DNA from: Octopus vulgaris
Taxonomy: Eukaryota
Assembly (NCBI GenBank): GCA_951406725.2
Contig: OX597827.1
Span: forward strand, 77,376,001 to 77,440,000
DNA length: 64,000 nucleotides
Reading direction: 5' to 3'
Shown here piece by piece: positions 1 to 12,077 of this stretch. The notes beneath the pieces are model-generated. The model worked only from the letters and a program-made list of their open reading frames with translations, was not told where the DNA came from and did not search any database. The translations under genes and the position numbers were made by a program. Positions within the stretch are counted from its first letter, which is position 1. Each line of letters starts with the position of its first letter.

Positions 1-240
1 ATGTATATATATATATATGTCTGTGTATGTATATATATATATATATATGTCTGTGTATGTATATATATGTCTGTGTATGTATATATATATGTCTATGTAT
101 ATATATATATATGTCTGTGTGTATATATATATATATGTCTGTGTATGTATATATATATATACATGTACGTATATATATATATTATGTGTGCATTGGTGCG
201 GTTGTATATATGTATATATATATATAAATGTGTGTGTGTC
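1..240. repeat. Compound TA/TG microsatellite with a recurring gtctgtgtatg unit
   Basis: Direct inspection. Confidence 0.9.
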
Positions 241-421
241 GGAGAGGAGTAATTATTGTGTGTTAATAAAGTAGCGAGTTTAATTAATATTATTTCTAGT
301 TTCTCCTCCACTCCACCACTTTTTTAAAGATGCGAAGAAAAATAAAATATTCTCAAAAATTAAGAATCCTCTCCCTTCAAACATGAAATCAACGGTCTAT
401 AAAGCGTGCTCAAATATACAT

Positions 422-463
<42 letters not shown>

Positions 464-558
464 GCTTTATAGACCGATATGTGTGTATGGGTTACTATGT
501 CTATGTGTCAATATATTTTGGTGAATGTACGTGAGGGAATGAAGTGTGTGTGTGCGTG

Positions 559-591
<33 letters not shown>

Positions 592-649
592 ATATATTGT
601 GTGTGTGTGTATGAAGACGAGTGACAGTGAAAGTATGTGTGAAGCGGTA

Positions 650-875
650 GGGATGGTGGTGGTTACGATAATGACGGAGGTGAAGGATGGCGGCGGTGAT
701 GATGGTGGTGGTGGTGGTGGCGGTGGCGATGATGGTTGTGGTGGTGGTGATGATGATGATGGTGGTGGTGGTGATGATGATGGTGGTGGTGATGCTGGTT
801 GTGGTGGTGGTGGTGATGATGGTGGTGGTGGTGGTGATGGTGGTGGTGGTGGTAGCAGTTGTGACGACGTAGTAG
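650..875. repeat. (GGT/GAT)n microsatellite
   Basis: Direct inspection. Similar tracts at 27360-27705 and 33495-33612. Confidence 0.9.
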
Positions 876-1075
876 TAAAGCCCCAGGTCAGCTTCGATCC
901 AGTGAGATTTATTGTATTACGATCAAAGGCTTTCCAACCGTGACAACCACTTCCTGCTCGCCGACAATATAGTTTATGATAGTGATAGTGATGTGTGGGT
1001 GTGGATGTGCGGAGGAGATCGGATCAAATGTAGATACCACCTGGAACTTTGTTCCCATCTCCCATACATACCCTC

Positions 1076-1108
<33 letters not shown>

Positions 1109-2203
1109 GGATGCGTGTGTGTGTGTGTGTATTAGATCCATACAGATACACATTCCTCCCACACAGTTCTGATCCTCTTCATATTTATAGATATCTATCG
1201 CCAAGCATCCACTCTCACACTCTCTCCATTCATTAAAATACAATACTTTTTGTTTTGTTTCTTTTTTTCACCAATCTTCTTACCTCTCTCCTCTTCCTCT
1301 CCCCCCGACCATCTCCGTAACACAACTACACACTTTCACAATGTTTATCACACACACATATATTCAAGTAAGCACATACATTCATAAATGCACACACACA
1401 CACACACACAAACACACATACCAAAAAATCTGAAAGTATTCTCTCAGCTAACAGACACACAAACACACACGCATTCACACACAAATCCATAAATAATGTC
1501 TCTGTCTATTGTCACACGTATACAGACACACACATTCAGAAACGTACACACGCGCACACACACACACACACACAGATACGAGCGCGCACGCACACACACA
1601 TGCACACACACACACACGTACGCATACAATTGTTTGTTTTTTTTGCATCCTTTCCTCTTTGTCTCTCAACGTTACTCTCCTCCTACATCCTTCCCTGAGA
1701 CAATAAACATACACTCTCTCTCTCTACCCCTCAGTCTATCACCTTCTCCTTTCCCTTTTCCCTCTCTCTACCCCTCACTCTGTCACCCTCTCCTTCCTCT
1801 CTCTCCCTCTGTTTCTCCCTCTCACAAAGTTTTCCTCCAATCCATCACTCACTACTACTACCACTACAATTACTATAAAAAAACTCCCCGTCGTTGCTTC
1901 TTAATTCACCAACAACGGGGTTTCTCCGCGGTTGCTCCACCTTGTTAGAAATAGCAACCAAATCTTCCTCACATCACACCTGACCATAATGTGACCTTAG
2001 TTACACAATCGCAGAAAATAAGGCGAGATGATGGTGGCCGGAATATATTTTAATCACAGGCCTATTTGACCACAGTAAGACTTGGGGGGGAGGGACTAAA
2101 CAGGACAACGTCATTACAATCACCCCCCTCCCCCCATCATCATCATCATCATCACAGCCACCAACAACACCACCCCACACCTACCACTTTCACGTCTATT
2201 ACA

Positions 2204-2419
2204 CAAGGGGTTGCTGAAAAGTTCCTGGCTTTGATTAAAAGAAAATACAAGAGGATCAGTAAATTATGATTTTTTTCAACATATTTCCCTCTCACATTCA
2301 CACGCTTATTGCAGCGGTTTTTCAGTTTTTCTAAGCCCTGTAAAAGAACTCGGACAGTTGGGCCTCCAGTCAGGCCTTTCGCGACACTCTTAAAGCCAGG
2401 GACTTTTCAACACCCCTTA
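2204..2419. mobile_element. Mariner-type MITE (~216 bp)
   Basis: TIRs aaggggttgctgaaaagttcctggcttt / aaagccagggacttttcaacacccctt resemble mariner termini. Confidence 0.75.
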
Positions 2420-2549
2420 TGTACATTATTCGTGTTGCGATTGGAATTTGAGGATTATTTGGTGTTCTAATTAATCGAACGAAATCAAGCAAAATGTATT
2501 CTACTAATAAAAAAAGAACTTGTGCACAATTCCCAATCAGTTTTCTAAT

Positions 2550-3740
2550 CAGATCATTCTATGAATCCGCTTTTGGTTTCGGTGACATCGGAATCTTTGA
2601 CCTACGTACACTGAATAGTCCTTATTCATTTCGGACATCGTCTGGGCAAGTGGAGCTATATATTGTATAGACGTTGATTAGTCAGTCTCCCTTTCAACAA
2701 CGCTCCAAACTTAGCCCAAGCGGCACATTTTCATTACTGTATTTATTTTGAGATGCTCTGTGTTTCTTTCAATTATTTTAAATATAACAAAGAATTTAGT
2801 AAAATAACATCGTTATCATTAAGCTAGTGTTAGGAACATAAATTGTGACTATGGCTTGGTGGAATATTTTAATTCAAAACTTACGAAAACAAGACATTTT
2901 ACCACAGAGCTAGAGCCGGTTTTGGCCGGGTTAGTAACAAAAGGGTTAAATCTGGTGGAGGTGGGTTTGGAAGCAGACGGTTTAGTATTACAAGATGGCA
3001 AAGACTGCTTGACAGCCATTCATTACTTGCGTGCGTTTTGTGAGAAGGTGCGGAATCTTACTAAAACACATATGGCCTTCTACTGCGTACTTCGTTCATC
3101 CACTGTTTAACATTTTCCAGCACCTCAACACAACCATGTGGTAAAACGTGAGGTAGCATGGTATGATCTTCGTTACTCACCTCGCCTAAAACGATCACAG
3201 TTGCTGGAAACCAAATATGTATCACTTTGGGGGCATCAGAACCATCTGTCATTTCTTCTGTTAGACTTTTGGTCCAGATTTTTCTCATCAGAGAAGAACC
3301 AAAATAAGCTATGTTCGTAAGAGGTTTTAACTTCGTTAAGTAACTGCTTGGATCAAACGGTTTTCCTGTGTCTTTGCAGACATGAATTCGCATCTACTTA
3401 ATACACACGGATTGTATCGAATGTCGTCATGCGTCGCATTTCCGATAGTCCACTCCGACACCTAAAGTGTTATGGCGATGGCTCTCATTGATATTCCGGA
3501 ATTATCATCAATAACGTTTTGAACTCGTTGAGTAAATTGTGGCATCCTTATAGTGTCTGAATATTTATAAAATTATTTCCTCCTCTTCGCTACAGTTGAA
3601 ACACTTCAGCCAGACACTTACTGTTTCATCTAAACTTTGTGTACAAAAGATCTTATAACATTCAGAAAATTAGCAATTTCTAAATTGCTGTGTTCCACAC
3701 ACATGACAACAATACCCGTCTTTTCACTTCTTGTATTAGT
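2550..3740 (-). pseudogene. Decayed Tc1/mariner-superfamily transposase, maT/DD37D-like
   Basis: Frameshifted minus-strand segments in the expected order: HSNLEIANFLNVIRSFVHKV, FFSDEK, FPATVIVLGEVSNEDHTMLPH, WMNEVRSRRPYVF, DSAPSHK, PDL, VWSVVERET. Many stops. Confidence 0.8.
2738..2945 (-). mobile_element. piggyBac-type MITE inserted in the maT-like transposase
   Basis: Reverse copy of the ~225-bp element at 52103-52324. One end is intact (AAAGGG-TTAA) and the other is damaged. Confidence 0.75.
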
Positions 3741-3847
3741 ATTTTATCAGTCACGGAGGGACTTAAAGAAAGAAATAAAAGAACTTTAAATTCGTTTGAA
3801 GCAAGTAATACACTAAAATTTGTCTACTGCGAGAAATTTTCTCCATA

Positions 3848-4043
3848 CTCTTTACTCTTAGTTGTTTCAGTCATTTGACTGTGGCCATGCTGAAGCACCG
3901 CCTTTAGTCGAGAAAACTGACCCCATGACTTATTCTTTGTAAGCCTAGTACTTATTCTATCGGTTTCTTTTGCCGAACCGCTAAGTTACGGGGATGTAAA
4001 CACACCAGCATCGGTTGTCAAGCGATGTTGGCGGACAAACACA

Positions 4044-4098
<55 letters not shown>

Positions 4099-4240
4099 AC
4101 ACACACATACACACATATATACATATATACGACGGGCATCTTTCAGTTTCCGTCTACCAAATCCACTCACAAGGCTTTGGTCGGCCCGAGGCTATAGCAG
4201 AAGACACTTGCCCAAGGTGCCACGCAGTGGGACTGAACCC
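3848..4240 (-). mobile_element. SINE A copy, 5' truncated
   Basis: Reverse-complement match to 6623-7062. Confidence 0.85.
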
Positions 4241-5624
4241 ATGTCAAAATACAGTGAATATCTTTCTTAAGGGTTCGAATATACCTCAAGCATATTTGAA
4301 CTGGTGACAAGTTTGTATTTACTGAACATTAAGTGTCCTCAAATACCCCTCGCACTCCGTACAATGTTCCCGGCGTCACCCGCTCCCACGCCACTAATAT
4401 CATCAACATCGCTATTTTTCTCTCCCTCGTCACTGAGTAAACAGATCTATAATCGAAGTTGTTCAGCCATGGACATCCTTTCCTTCACTCGGACATTATG
4501 CACCTAGGACTACATTATCCAATGTGTCTCTCTACGGGACGAAAGTTTGTATTTATCGGAGGAAGATTTGACTGTTATTTCTAACAGATCAAGTACCATT
4601 CCATTACTATGTTGGTATGTGTATGTATGCGATGTGTATGTGCGTATGTGTTTGTATGTGTGTGTGTGTGTGTGTGTGTATGCGCGCGTGACTTAGTGAT
4701 TAGGGTATGCGGTTCACAATCGTAAAAGTTGTGAGTTCGATTCCCGGCGACGCGTTGTGTCCTTGAGCAAGATATTTTATTTTATGTTGCTCCAGTCCAT
4801 TCAGCTGGTAAAAATGAGAAGTACTTTGTAATTCAAAGGACATTCTATGTCACGCGGGATCTCCCTGAGAATTACATTAAGGGTTACGCGTGTCTGTGGA
4901 GTACTCAGCCATTTGCACATTAATTTCTTGAGCAGACTGTTCCCTTGATTGGATCGGATCTTTTCTGGAACCCTCGTCGTCGTAACCGACGGAGCGCCAG
5001 TTTTTCTTTTTAAACTGTATATAACTGTAAGACCAGATCTGTAACATTTTCTCTGATTTCCGGGTATTTCAATTAACTGATCTCACCTCAGTTACCCCCC
5101 TTGTTACTTCTAAATTTTAAGCCCTCATGAAGGGAGGTTTTGTCAATTAATTCTACGAATAATCTAAGATAAAGAAAGTTTTTTGTCATTTTCTATTGCA
5201 TGTGTAATCCTGCCATTTTATTATGTGTTTATGCCTGTATTTATATCTAACCCGATATGCTCTGTCCCTTTAGCTCCCTAAACTAGAGGTTTGATAAATA
5301 GAGAACGATAAGAGGGTTGACTAAAACTGTTGAAGGTGTGCCCCAGCATGGTCACAGACCAGTGACTGAAACCGGTAAAAAAGTGTGTATATGTGTATGT
5401 ATGTATGTATGTGTTTATATATACACGCACGAACATATATGATCCGGTTCTTGACTGAAGATTAGAGGCTTCGAATGACCCGTCCGTTTTTTGTGTCGTC
5501 TATTTGAGTGTTTTGCGTTCTTGTCCCATTTTGTATTTTTATATATATTTTTTATACATATACATACATATATATATATACACACACACACACACATATA
5601 TATATGCATACATGTGTATATGTG

Positions 5625-5721
5625 TGTGTGATGAAGGCCATAATAGTGAAATTGACGAGAGTTACACTGTACAGCTGAGGATGTGAGCATATGATGTGAG
5701 TACGAAACTTTAAGTCATGTA
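5625..5721 (+). ncRNA. Two tandem decayed hammerhead motifs
   Basis: gtgt-GTGATGA-aggccataatagt-GAAA...TT-acac, followed directly by taca(g)-CTGAGGA-tgtgagcatatgatgtgagtac-GAAA-ctttaag-TC-(a)tgta. Confidence 0.45.
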
Positions 5722-6039
5722 GAACTGTATCAACTTGATATCAAATATTTGTGTTTAATATACACCTATGTGTGTATGCTCCTCCTTCGTGCTCTATTCT
5801 CATTATATAATTATTTCTGAGCGTTAAACGCATACACCTGCGAAGACAGGTGCAGGAACAACAAGCAGGTGTAATAGTTTAACGCTCGGAAAGAATGGAA
5901 AAGTCGTTTTATGTTTCCAGCCTACGCTCTTCCACAGAAAGGATTGAGAGTGTAAAAAAGGAGAGAGTATTTAAAAAAACGGGGAGAGAAAAAAATGTGT
6001 AGGAATTAATGGTTCAATGATGATGATGATGATGATATA

Positions 6040-6248
6040 TATAATATGTGACAATTATTCGGTAGCCATGATAAAACTCCGAGTTTCGGATGTCGGGGCG
6101 GAAACCCACGACACCATCTCTTCAGTTATCCGGCCCGGCATTTTTTCGATGGCCGGATAAATGAAGAGATGGTGGGGTGGGTTTCCGCCCCGATATCCGA
6201 AACTCGGAGTTTTATCATGGCTACCGAATGATTATCACTTATTATATT
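6040..6248. mobile_element. ~205-bp palindromic element resembling an inverted Penelope-like pseudo-LTR
   Basis: ~95-bp near-perfect inverted arms, each with a hammerhead motif, flanked by TA-rich sequence. A single-arm copy lies at 48505-48610. Confidence 0.65.
6070..6130 (-). ncRNA. Hammerhead ribozyme motif in the left arm of a palindromic element
   Basis: Minus strand reads gataa-CTGAAGA-gatggtgtcgtgggtttccgccccgacatc-c-GAAA-ctcggag-TT-ttatc. The mirror copy on + (6156-6216) has its core mutated to ATGAAGA. Confidence 0.7.
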
Positions 6249-6292
6249 AAAAGATAAATTCCTCTATTTACATAATATATATATAGGCGCAG

Positions 6293-6617
6293 TGAGGGCG
6301 CGTGGCTTAGTGGTTAGGGCATTCGGCTCATGATCGTAAGGTTGTGAGTTCGATTCCCGGCGACGCGTTGTGTCCTTGAGCAAGACACTTTATTTCACGT
6401 TGCTCCAGTCCACTCAGCTGGCAAAAATGAGTTGTACTTGTATTTCAAAGGGTCAGCCTTGTCACTCTCTGTGTCACGCTGATTATCCCCGAGAACTACG
6501 TTAAGGGTACACGTGTCTGTGGAATGCTCAGCCATTTGCACGTTAATTTCACGAGCAAGCTGTTCCGTTGATCGTATCAGCTGGGACCCTCGTCGTCGTA
6601 ACCGGCGGAGTCTTTTA
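6293..6617 (+). mobile_element. tRNA-derived CORE-like SINE family B
   Basis: A box TGGCTTAGTGG, B box GTTCGATTCC and GTGTCCTTGAGCAAGACACTT. 12-bp TSD atataggcgcag. Second copy at 4685-4997. Confidence 0.9.
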
Positions 6618-6622
6618 ATATA

Positions 6623-6787
6623 GGCGCAGGAGTGGCTGTGTGGTAAGTAGCTTGCTAACCAACCACATGGTTCCGGGTTCAGTCCCACTGCGTGGCACCT
6701 TGGGCAAGTGTCTTCTGCTATAGCCTCGGGCCGACCAAAGCCTTGTGAGTGGATTTGGTAGACGGAAACTGAAAGAAGCCTATCGTA

Positions 6788-6848
<61 letters not shown>

Positions 6849-7061
6849 ATGTTTGTGTGTCTGTGTTTGTCCCCCTAGCATTGCTTGACAACCGATGCTG
6901 GTGTGTTTACGTCCCCGTCACTTAGCGGTTCGGCAAAAGAGACTGATAGAATAAGTACTGGGCTTACAAAGAATAAGTCCCGGGGTCGATTTGTTCGACT
7001 AAAGGTGGTGCTCCAGCATGGCCGCAGTCAAATGACTGAAACAAGTAAAAGAGTAAAAGAG

Positions 7062-7062
<1 letters not shown>
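6623..7062 (+). mobile_element. tRNA-derived SINE family A, representative full-length copy
   Basis: A box TGGCTGTGTGG, B box GGTTCAGTCCC, CORE-like CCTTGGGCAAGT, internal (TA)n(TG)n and a GAGTAAAA tail. About 25 copies in the window. Confidence 0.9.
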
Positions 7063-7150
<88 letters not shown>

Positions 7151-7321
7151 GGCGCAGGAGTGGCTGTGTAGTAAGAAGCTTGCTTGCCAGCCACATGGTT
7201 CCGGGTTCAGTCCCACTGCGTGGCACCTTGGACAATTGCCTTCTACTATAGAGACGGACCGACCAAAGCCTTGTGAGTGGATTTGGTAGACGGAAACTGA
7301 AAGAAGCCTATCGTATATATG

Positions 7322-7352
<31 letters not shown>

Positions 7353-7558
7353 ATATGTTTGTGTGTCTGTGTTTGTCCCCCTAGCATCGCTTGACAACCG
7401 ATGCTGGTGTGTTTACGTCCCCGTCACTTAGCAGTTCGGCAAAGAGACCGATAGAATACACACTAGGCTTACAAAGAATAAGTCCTGGGGTCGATTTGTT
7501 CAAATAAGGGCGGTGCTCCAGCATCGCCGCAGTCAAATGACTGAAACAAATAAAAAGA
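7151..7558 (+). mobile_element. SINE A copy
   Basis: Match to 6623-7062, separated from it by (TA)n. Confidence 0.85.
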
Positions 7559-10263
7559 ATATATATGCTTGCTGGCAGTGTCGTTTGAACACCGGACACA
7601 ATGTCATTACGTTCTGAGTTCAAATTCCGCCGAGGTCGACTTAGCCTTTCATCCGTTCAGGGGTCGATAAGATAAGTACCAATGGAGCTCTGAAATTATG
7701 CAATCGACCGACTCTTTCTCTAAAATTGCTGGCCTTGGGCCAAAATTTGAAGCCGTTGTATGTATGTATGACGAGAAAAGGTATCTTTGAAAGGAATTTG
7801 TTTTCTTTTTGCGACACGAGCTACGAGTAATATTTTTTTTTGTTTCGAGAGAGAAGCATAAATGTGTAACGCAAACGGTGCAATTGGGAACTACTGAGAC
7901 CCAGAAATAGAAACAGACTGCCAGGCAGATATATAGATATATATATATATATATCAAGGGTAAAGACGGAGAGAAAATTGGTCTAAGATTAGAAGGGATA
8001 AAGAGAAAATGAAGTACTGGAGAAGTGGAAGAGAGACGAACGGATAGATATATAAATAGAGAAGGAGACAGACATACAGCTAATGTCTTTGTTAGAAAAT
8101 ATAAAAGTAAAAAGGCTATGGAAGATGTGCTGTAGGACTGCGTTGGGGACAGAAGAATGACTGTAAAAGGGATGATTTGCTTGCAGGGATATAAAAAAAA
8201 AGGGGTCAAAAGTGAAACTATTTAAAAAATGAAGATGGAGGGAAGATACAGCATCTGTAATAGGGGGATAGTGGGAGAATTGTGATGTGGGGGAGGGGAG
8301 GTAGAAAGCTTTAGAGAGAAACGGGAGAAAAGGAGGAGGATATATTTACGGGAGTTGGTTAGAGGGAGAAAGAAAGACTAAAAGATGTGATGGGAAAGGG
8401 AAAGATAAAGAGAGAAGTAGGAGGGAAAGAGCGAGGGATAGTGATAAGGATACATTGGGGGTAAGGAAGAGGATAAATGTGATAGTGAGATGGTATAGAA
8501 GTGAGAGAGAGAGATATAAAAATGTAGCTGAGTGAGAGGGAGAGGAGAGGAGAGGAGAAAATAATAATGATAGAAAGGAAAGTTATAAAAAAGGAGCAGA
8601 GTGGTAGGAAGAGGCATGAAATTAAAGAATTTGGAAGAGAGACAAGGACAGAAAGACAACGTTACACACACACACAAAAGTAGATAGAGTAAGAGAGAGA
8701 GAGAGTGTGTGTATTATATGAAGAGAATGAAAGGAGATGTAGCTATGAAAGTAGGAGGATAAATGAAATGTGAATGTCAGACGAACGAGAGAAAGAAAGT
8801 GATAGAGAAATAGAAGGGGTGACTGAGAGAAAAAGATGAGAGTGAGAGAGAGAGAGGAAGACATACTAAAAAAGAGAGAGAGGAAGACATACTAAAAGAG
8901 AGAGAGAGAGAGAGACAAAAAGTGATAGGGAGTTTAAGAATGAGGATAGTTTGGTGGAAGGACAAGTGATGTGAAGAGGTGGGAGCAAAAAAACGCGGGA
9001 GAGAGAGATAGAGGAAGAATATGAGTGAGAGGGGGAAGAAGGAGGAAAAAAACTTGATGTAATGAGTAAAAGGAGTAAAGTATGAGGGTAATTGTAACTA
9101 CTTGAGGGAGAGAGAGGGGGAGAGGGGGAGGGAAATGAATGGAAACAAAAGATGTCGGCAAGAGAAAATATGCATGAGGTTTCAAAAACAGAAAAGGGAG
9201 CTAGAAAGATAGGGGGTGATGGCAGAGGTAGAGGCTGATAAACAGACGTAAAAAAAAAATTGCTAGAGATAGGTGGAATGGAGGCGGTAGCAGAGGAATT
9301 GAATAGAAATGTATGTGATATATAGTGAGTAGGAAAACGGGGGAAATAGTAAAGCAGAAATGATCAGAAAGAGAGGAAGGTGAGAGAATTTGGGACAAAC
9401 CAGGAAGGGAGATGTAATATATAGGAAGTAAAATATATAAATTTGAAGAGGAAAAGAGGAAGAAAAAGAACGAGGGACAGGAAATGGGGGACAAAAAGGA
9501 ACACCGGCGTGGAGAGGTGAGGGTGGGTATATAATTTACAGTGAGTTGTAATTTTAGATGGAAATGTTGAAGAAGAGAAACAATACGAGAAAGAGAGAGA
9601 GGAAAGTGTTATATATAATGAGTAAAAAATTGTGGCGATGGAAAACTAGGTTTGGAGTGAAAAATAGACTAAGAGAGAGAGAGTGACAAAAAAGTAGGTG
9701 GAGGAAAGAGTGTCTTATATCTTAGTCTCATGTGATAAATTCATTTATATCGAGGATGATTTAAGGAAATTGAATATAATACGACTCCGGTACTTTATCT
9801 TATCGACCCTAGAAATACATAGAGAATTCCTTGTTGGCTTGACTAAACACTGTATTTTCCACACTACTTTGCAGGATTTTCTTTCTCTCTTCCTCAACGG
9901 GATTTCAAATCAAAACGTAAGGAGCCGTTAGTGAATACTATAGGGCATTTTGTTCATTAAAGAAAGGCAAGATACAAGGTCACGTATTTTTTCGGTAAAG
10001 AGGGTAGACTTAGTTTAGATGAAACCTTGGTGACTGATTTATTTTAGTGACGTCCTACCATTACCAAACGGATGAAAGACAACAATATTTGAACTGAGAA
10101 CATTAAAGGACAGAGCGGTTTGGAGAGAGGGAGATAGAGAGAGTGTGTGTGAGAGAGAGAGGAGACAGGTGAAAGAAGGACATGAGAGAAGGAAACTGAT
10201 TTAAGGCAGGAAAAAAACAAATTGCTTTACGGCATCAATCTAACCGATATGGGACTCTTTATC

Positions 10264-10571
10264 CTCCGTCGGTTACGACGACGAGGGTTTCCAGTTCATC
10301 CGATCAACGGAACAGTTTGTTCGTGAAATTAGCGTGTAAGTGGCTGACAAATGTGGCCCTTTGAAATGCAGGCACAACAGAAACAGGAAGAAAGAGTGAG
10401 AGAAAGTTGTGATGAGAGAGGAGAGCAGGATTCACCACCACCCACTACCGGACCTCGTGGAGCTTTAGGCGTTTTCGCTCAATAAACACTCACAAAGCCT
10501 GGTCTGGGAATCGAAACCACAATCCCACAACCGTGAGTCTGCTGCCCTAACCACTGGGCCATTGCGTTTCC
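10264..10571 (-). mobile_element. SINE family C copy, internally deleted
   Basis: Match to 41619-41998. Degenerate 17-bp TSD atatgggactctttatc / acatggaactgtttatc. Confidence 0.85.
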
Positions 10572-10685
10572 ACATGGAACTGTTTATCAGTGGTGTCAAA
10601 CACGTTTGGTTTTGCAGGCCACATTGAAGTATGAGCCAGATAGAGATAATTATTTCTAAAAAAAAACTTTATTCATGATGTACAC

Positions 10686-10740
<55 letters not shown>

Positions 10741-10748
10741 AGTTTTCA

Positions 10749-11440
10749 GATACATCTTGCAGATGTTCCTGGATGCATCGTCAGTGATCTTCTGGGATCT
10801 CAGGAGTTTTCAGGGCTTTCAAAATCAGATCCACTTCACCCAGTTGAACCAGGGTCAAGCAAGTTGTACTTTGCCTCCCAACAGCAGCTGACCACCTAAT
10901 GGCCTTCTCTACATCTTCAGTAATGGAATTCATAGCCTTCCTCTTTGTTGCACCACTTCAAGTCTGGTCAGAACTTTCAAGAACAAACCCCACACAAAAC
11001 CTCAGCAGCCCACTTCTATTTTCTCACAACATGATTGCCAGCCCCAATTTCCTACACTTCCCAGCTCCTGGTATTTGGCAAGCTTCCTCTCATGAGCTCC
11101 CTTCATGTTTTCCTTTCAGGGCCCAGTTAGTTCCCGCATGATCAGTCTCCTATTTGGTAGAATTTGAGATGATCATTATATCTAGGTGGAGTCAGGGCCA
11201 GCTCAAGGTACTGGCAACTTGGGCAATTGTACAGGGCACCATGTGCTAGGAGGGCATGACAAAAACAAGGAAATTTCCAGGCCCGTCAGCTTGCCTGGGG
11301 TGCCAGCAACCCTAAGACTGACCCTGGGTGGAGTGAAGTTGATACAATGTGATCTGGGAACTTTCACCATTCCATGAAATTCACTCTCAACTTCCAGTCT
11401 CTAGAGATTGTGCCAACAAGGGTGGCCCTTCTGTTTGCTG
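10749..11440 (-). mobile_element. HERO-type (RLE-domain non-LTR) retrotransposon 3' remnant
   Basis: Decayed translation RDWKLRVN, FPDHIVSTSLHLDIMIIS, ELTGP, ENMKGAHERKLAKYQEL, GWQSCCEKIEVGC*GF, KRKAMNSITEDVEKAIRW matches the PD..E.T.PWE..K..KY RLE pattern, followed by a 3' UTR. Confidence 0.8.
11193..11326. mobile_element. hAT-type MITE (134 bp) inserted in the HERO remnant
   Basis: Termini CAGGGCCAGCT / AGACTGACCCTG, with a perfect 8-bp TSD GGTGGAGT (11185-11192, 11327-11334). Confidence 0.8.
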
Positions 11441-12077
11441 CCCCCAGGCACCACAAAAAACACATTGCCCAATTTTAATCAATTATCATATAAATTTCAC
11501 CAATTGGACTCTTATTTTTCCAGTAAAGTTACACTATACTTTGTTAAAATAATTCTCAAAGCTATCTTATATCTCAAATATATCTTCACAGCTAAGATAC
11601 ATATTTCTATCTATTTACTCTATTTTTTTACCTTAGATTTTTAACATAAATGTATTACAGACACCCGGTCCTACTTTTTGAGTTTCAAATTTAGTTAACG
11701 GAGTTTCTTCTATAAGAAGAATCATGTTTTTATTTCTTTAAGAAATAGTGTCTAATTCTATTTGATTATTTATTAAAAATATGTATTTATTTAACTACTG
11801 TTGTTATTATTGTTGACCTAAGGAGTGACTATACTTTTAAATTGAATTGTTTTGGGATTAAGTTTAAATTTAATAGTAATTTGAATTGAAGTTATAGCCA
11901 CGAAACGTACGTAGTCTTTTTACTTATTATATAATGTTTATTCATTATTATGTACTTTTTGTGATCTAGATATATGTTTTATAATATATTTTATTTTTTC
12001 TATGTGATATGGTTTATGTTTATCATTGTTTGAATTACATAAAAGTTGTTTTTACTCTAATTTATATATATATATGT

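Noticed and set aside
479-943. 154-aa Gly/Asp-rich ORF
   Set aside because: It reads through a (GGT/GAT)n tract and a (TA)n tract, with no sign of coding constraint.
10588-10635. hAT left end CAGTGGTGTCAAAC (also ...GAGAAACACTG ends at 27984, 32220 and 32476)
   Set aside because: Isolated termini without a matching partner or TSD, too short to delimit an element.
10790-10840. Hammerhead-like CTGAT...GAAA in the HERO 3' UTR
   Set aside because: It lacks a CUGANGA core and closing stems in this copy.
11890-11920. GAAACGTACGTA half-hammerhead (also CTGACGA at ~26384 minus and CTGAAGA at 5455)
   Set aside because: Only one half of the core is recognisable in each case, so they were not counted.
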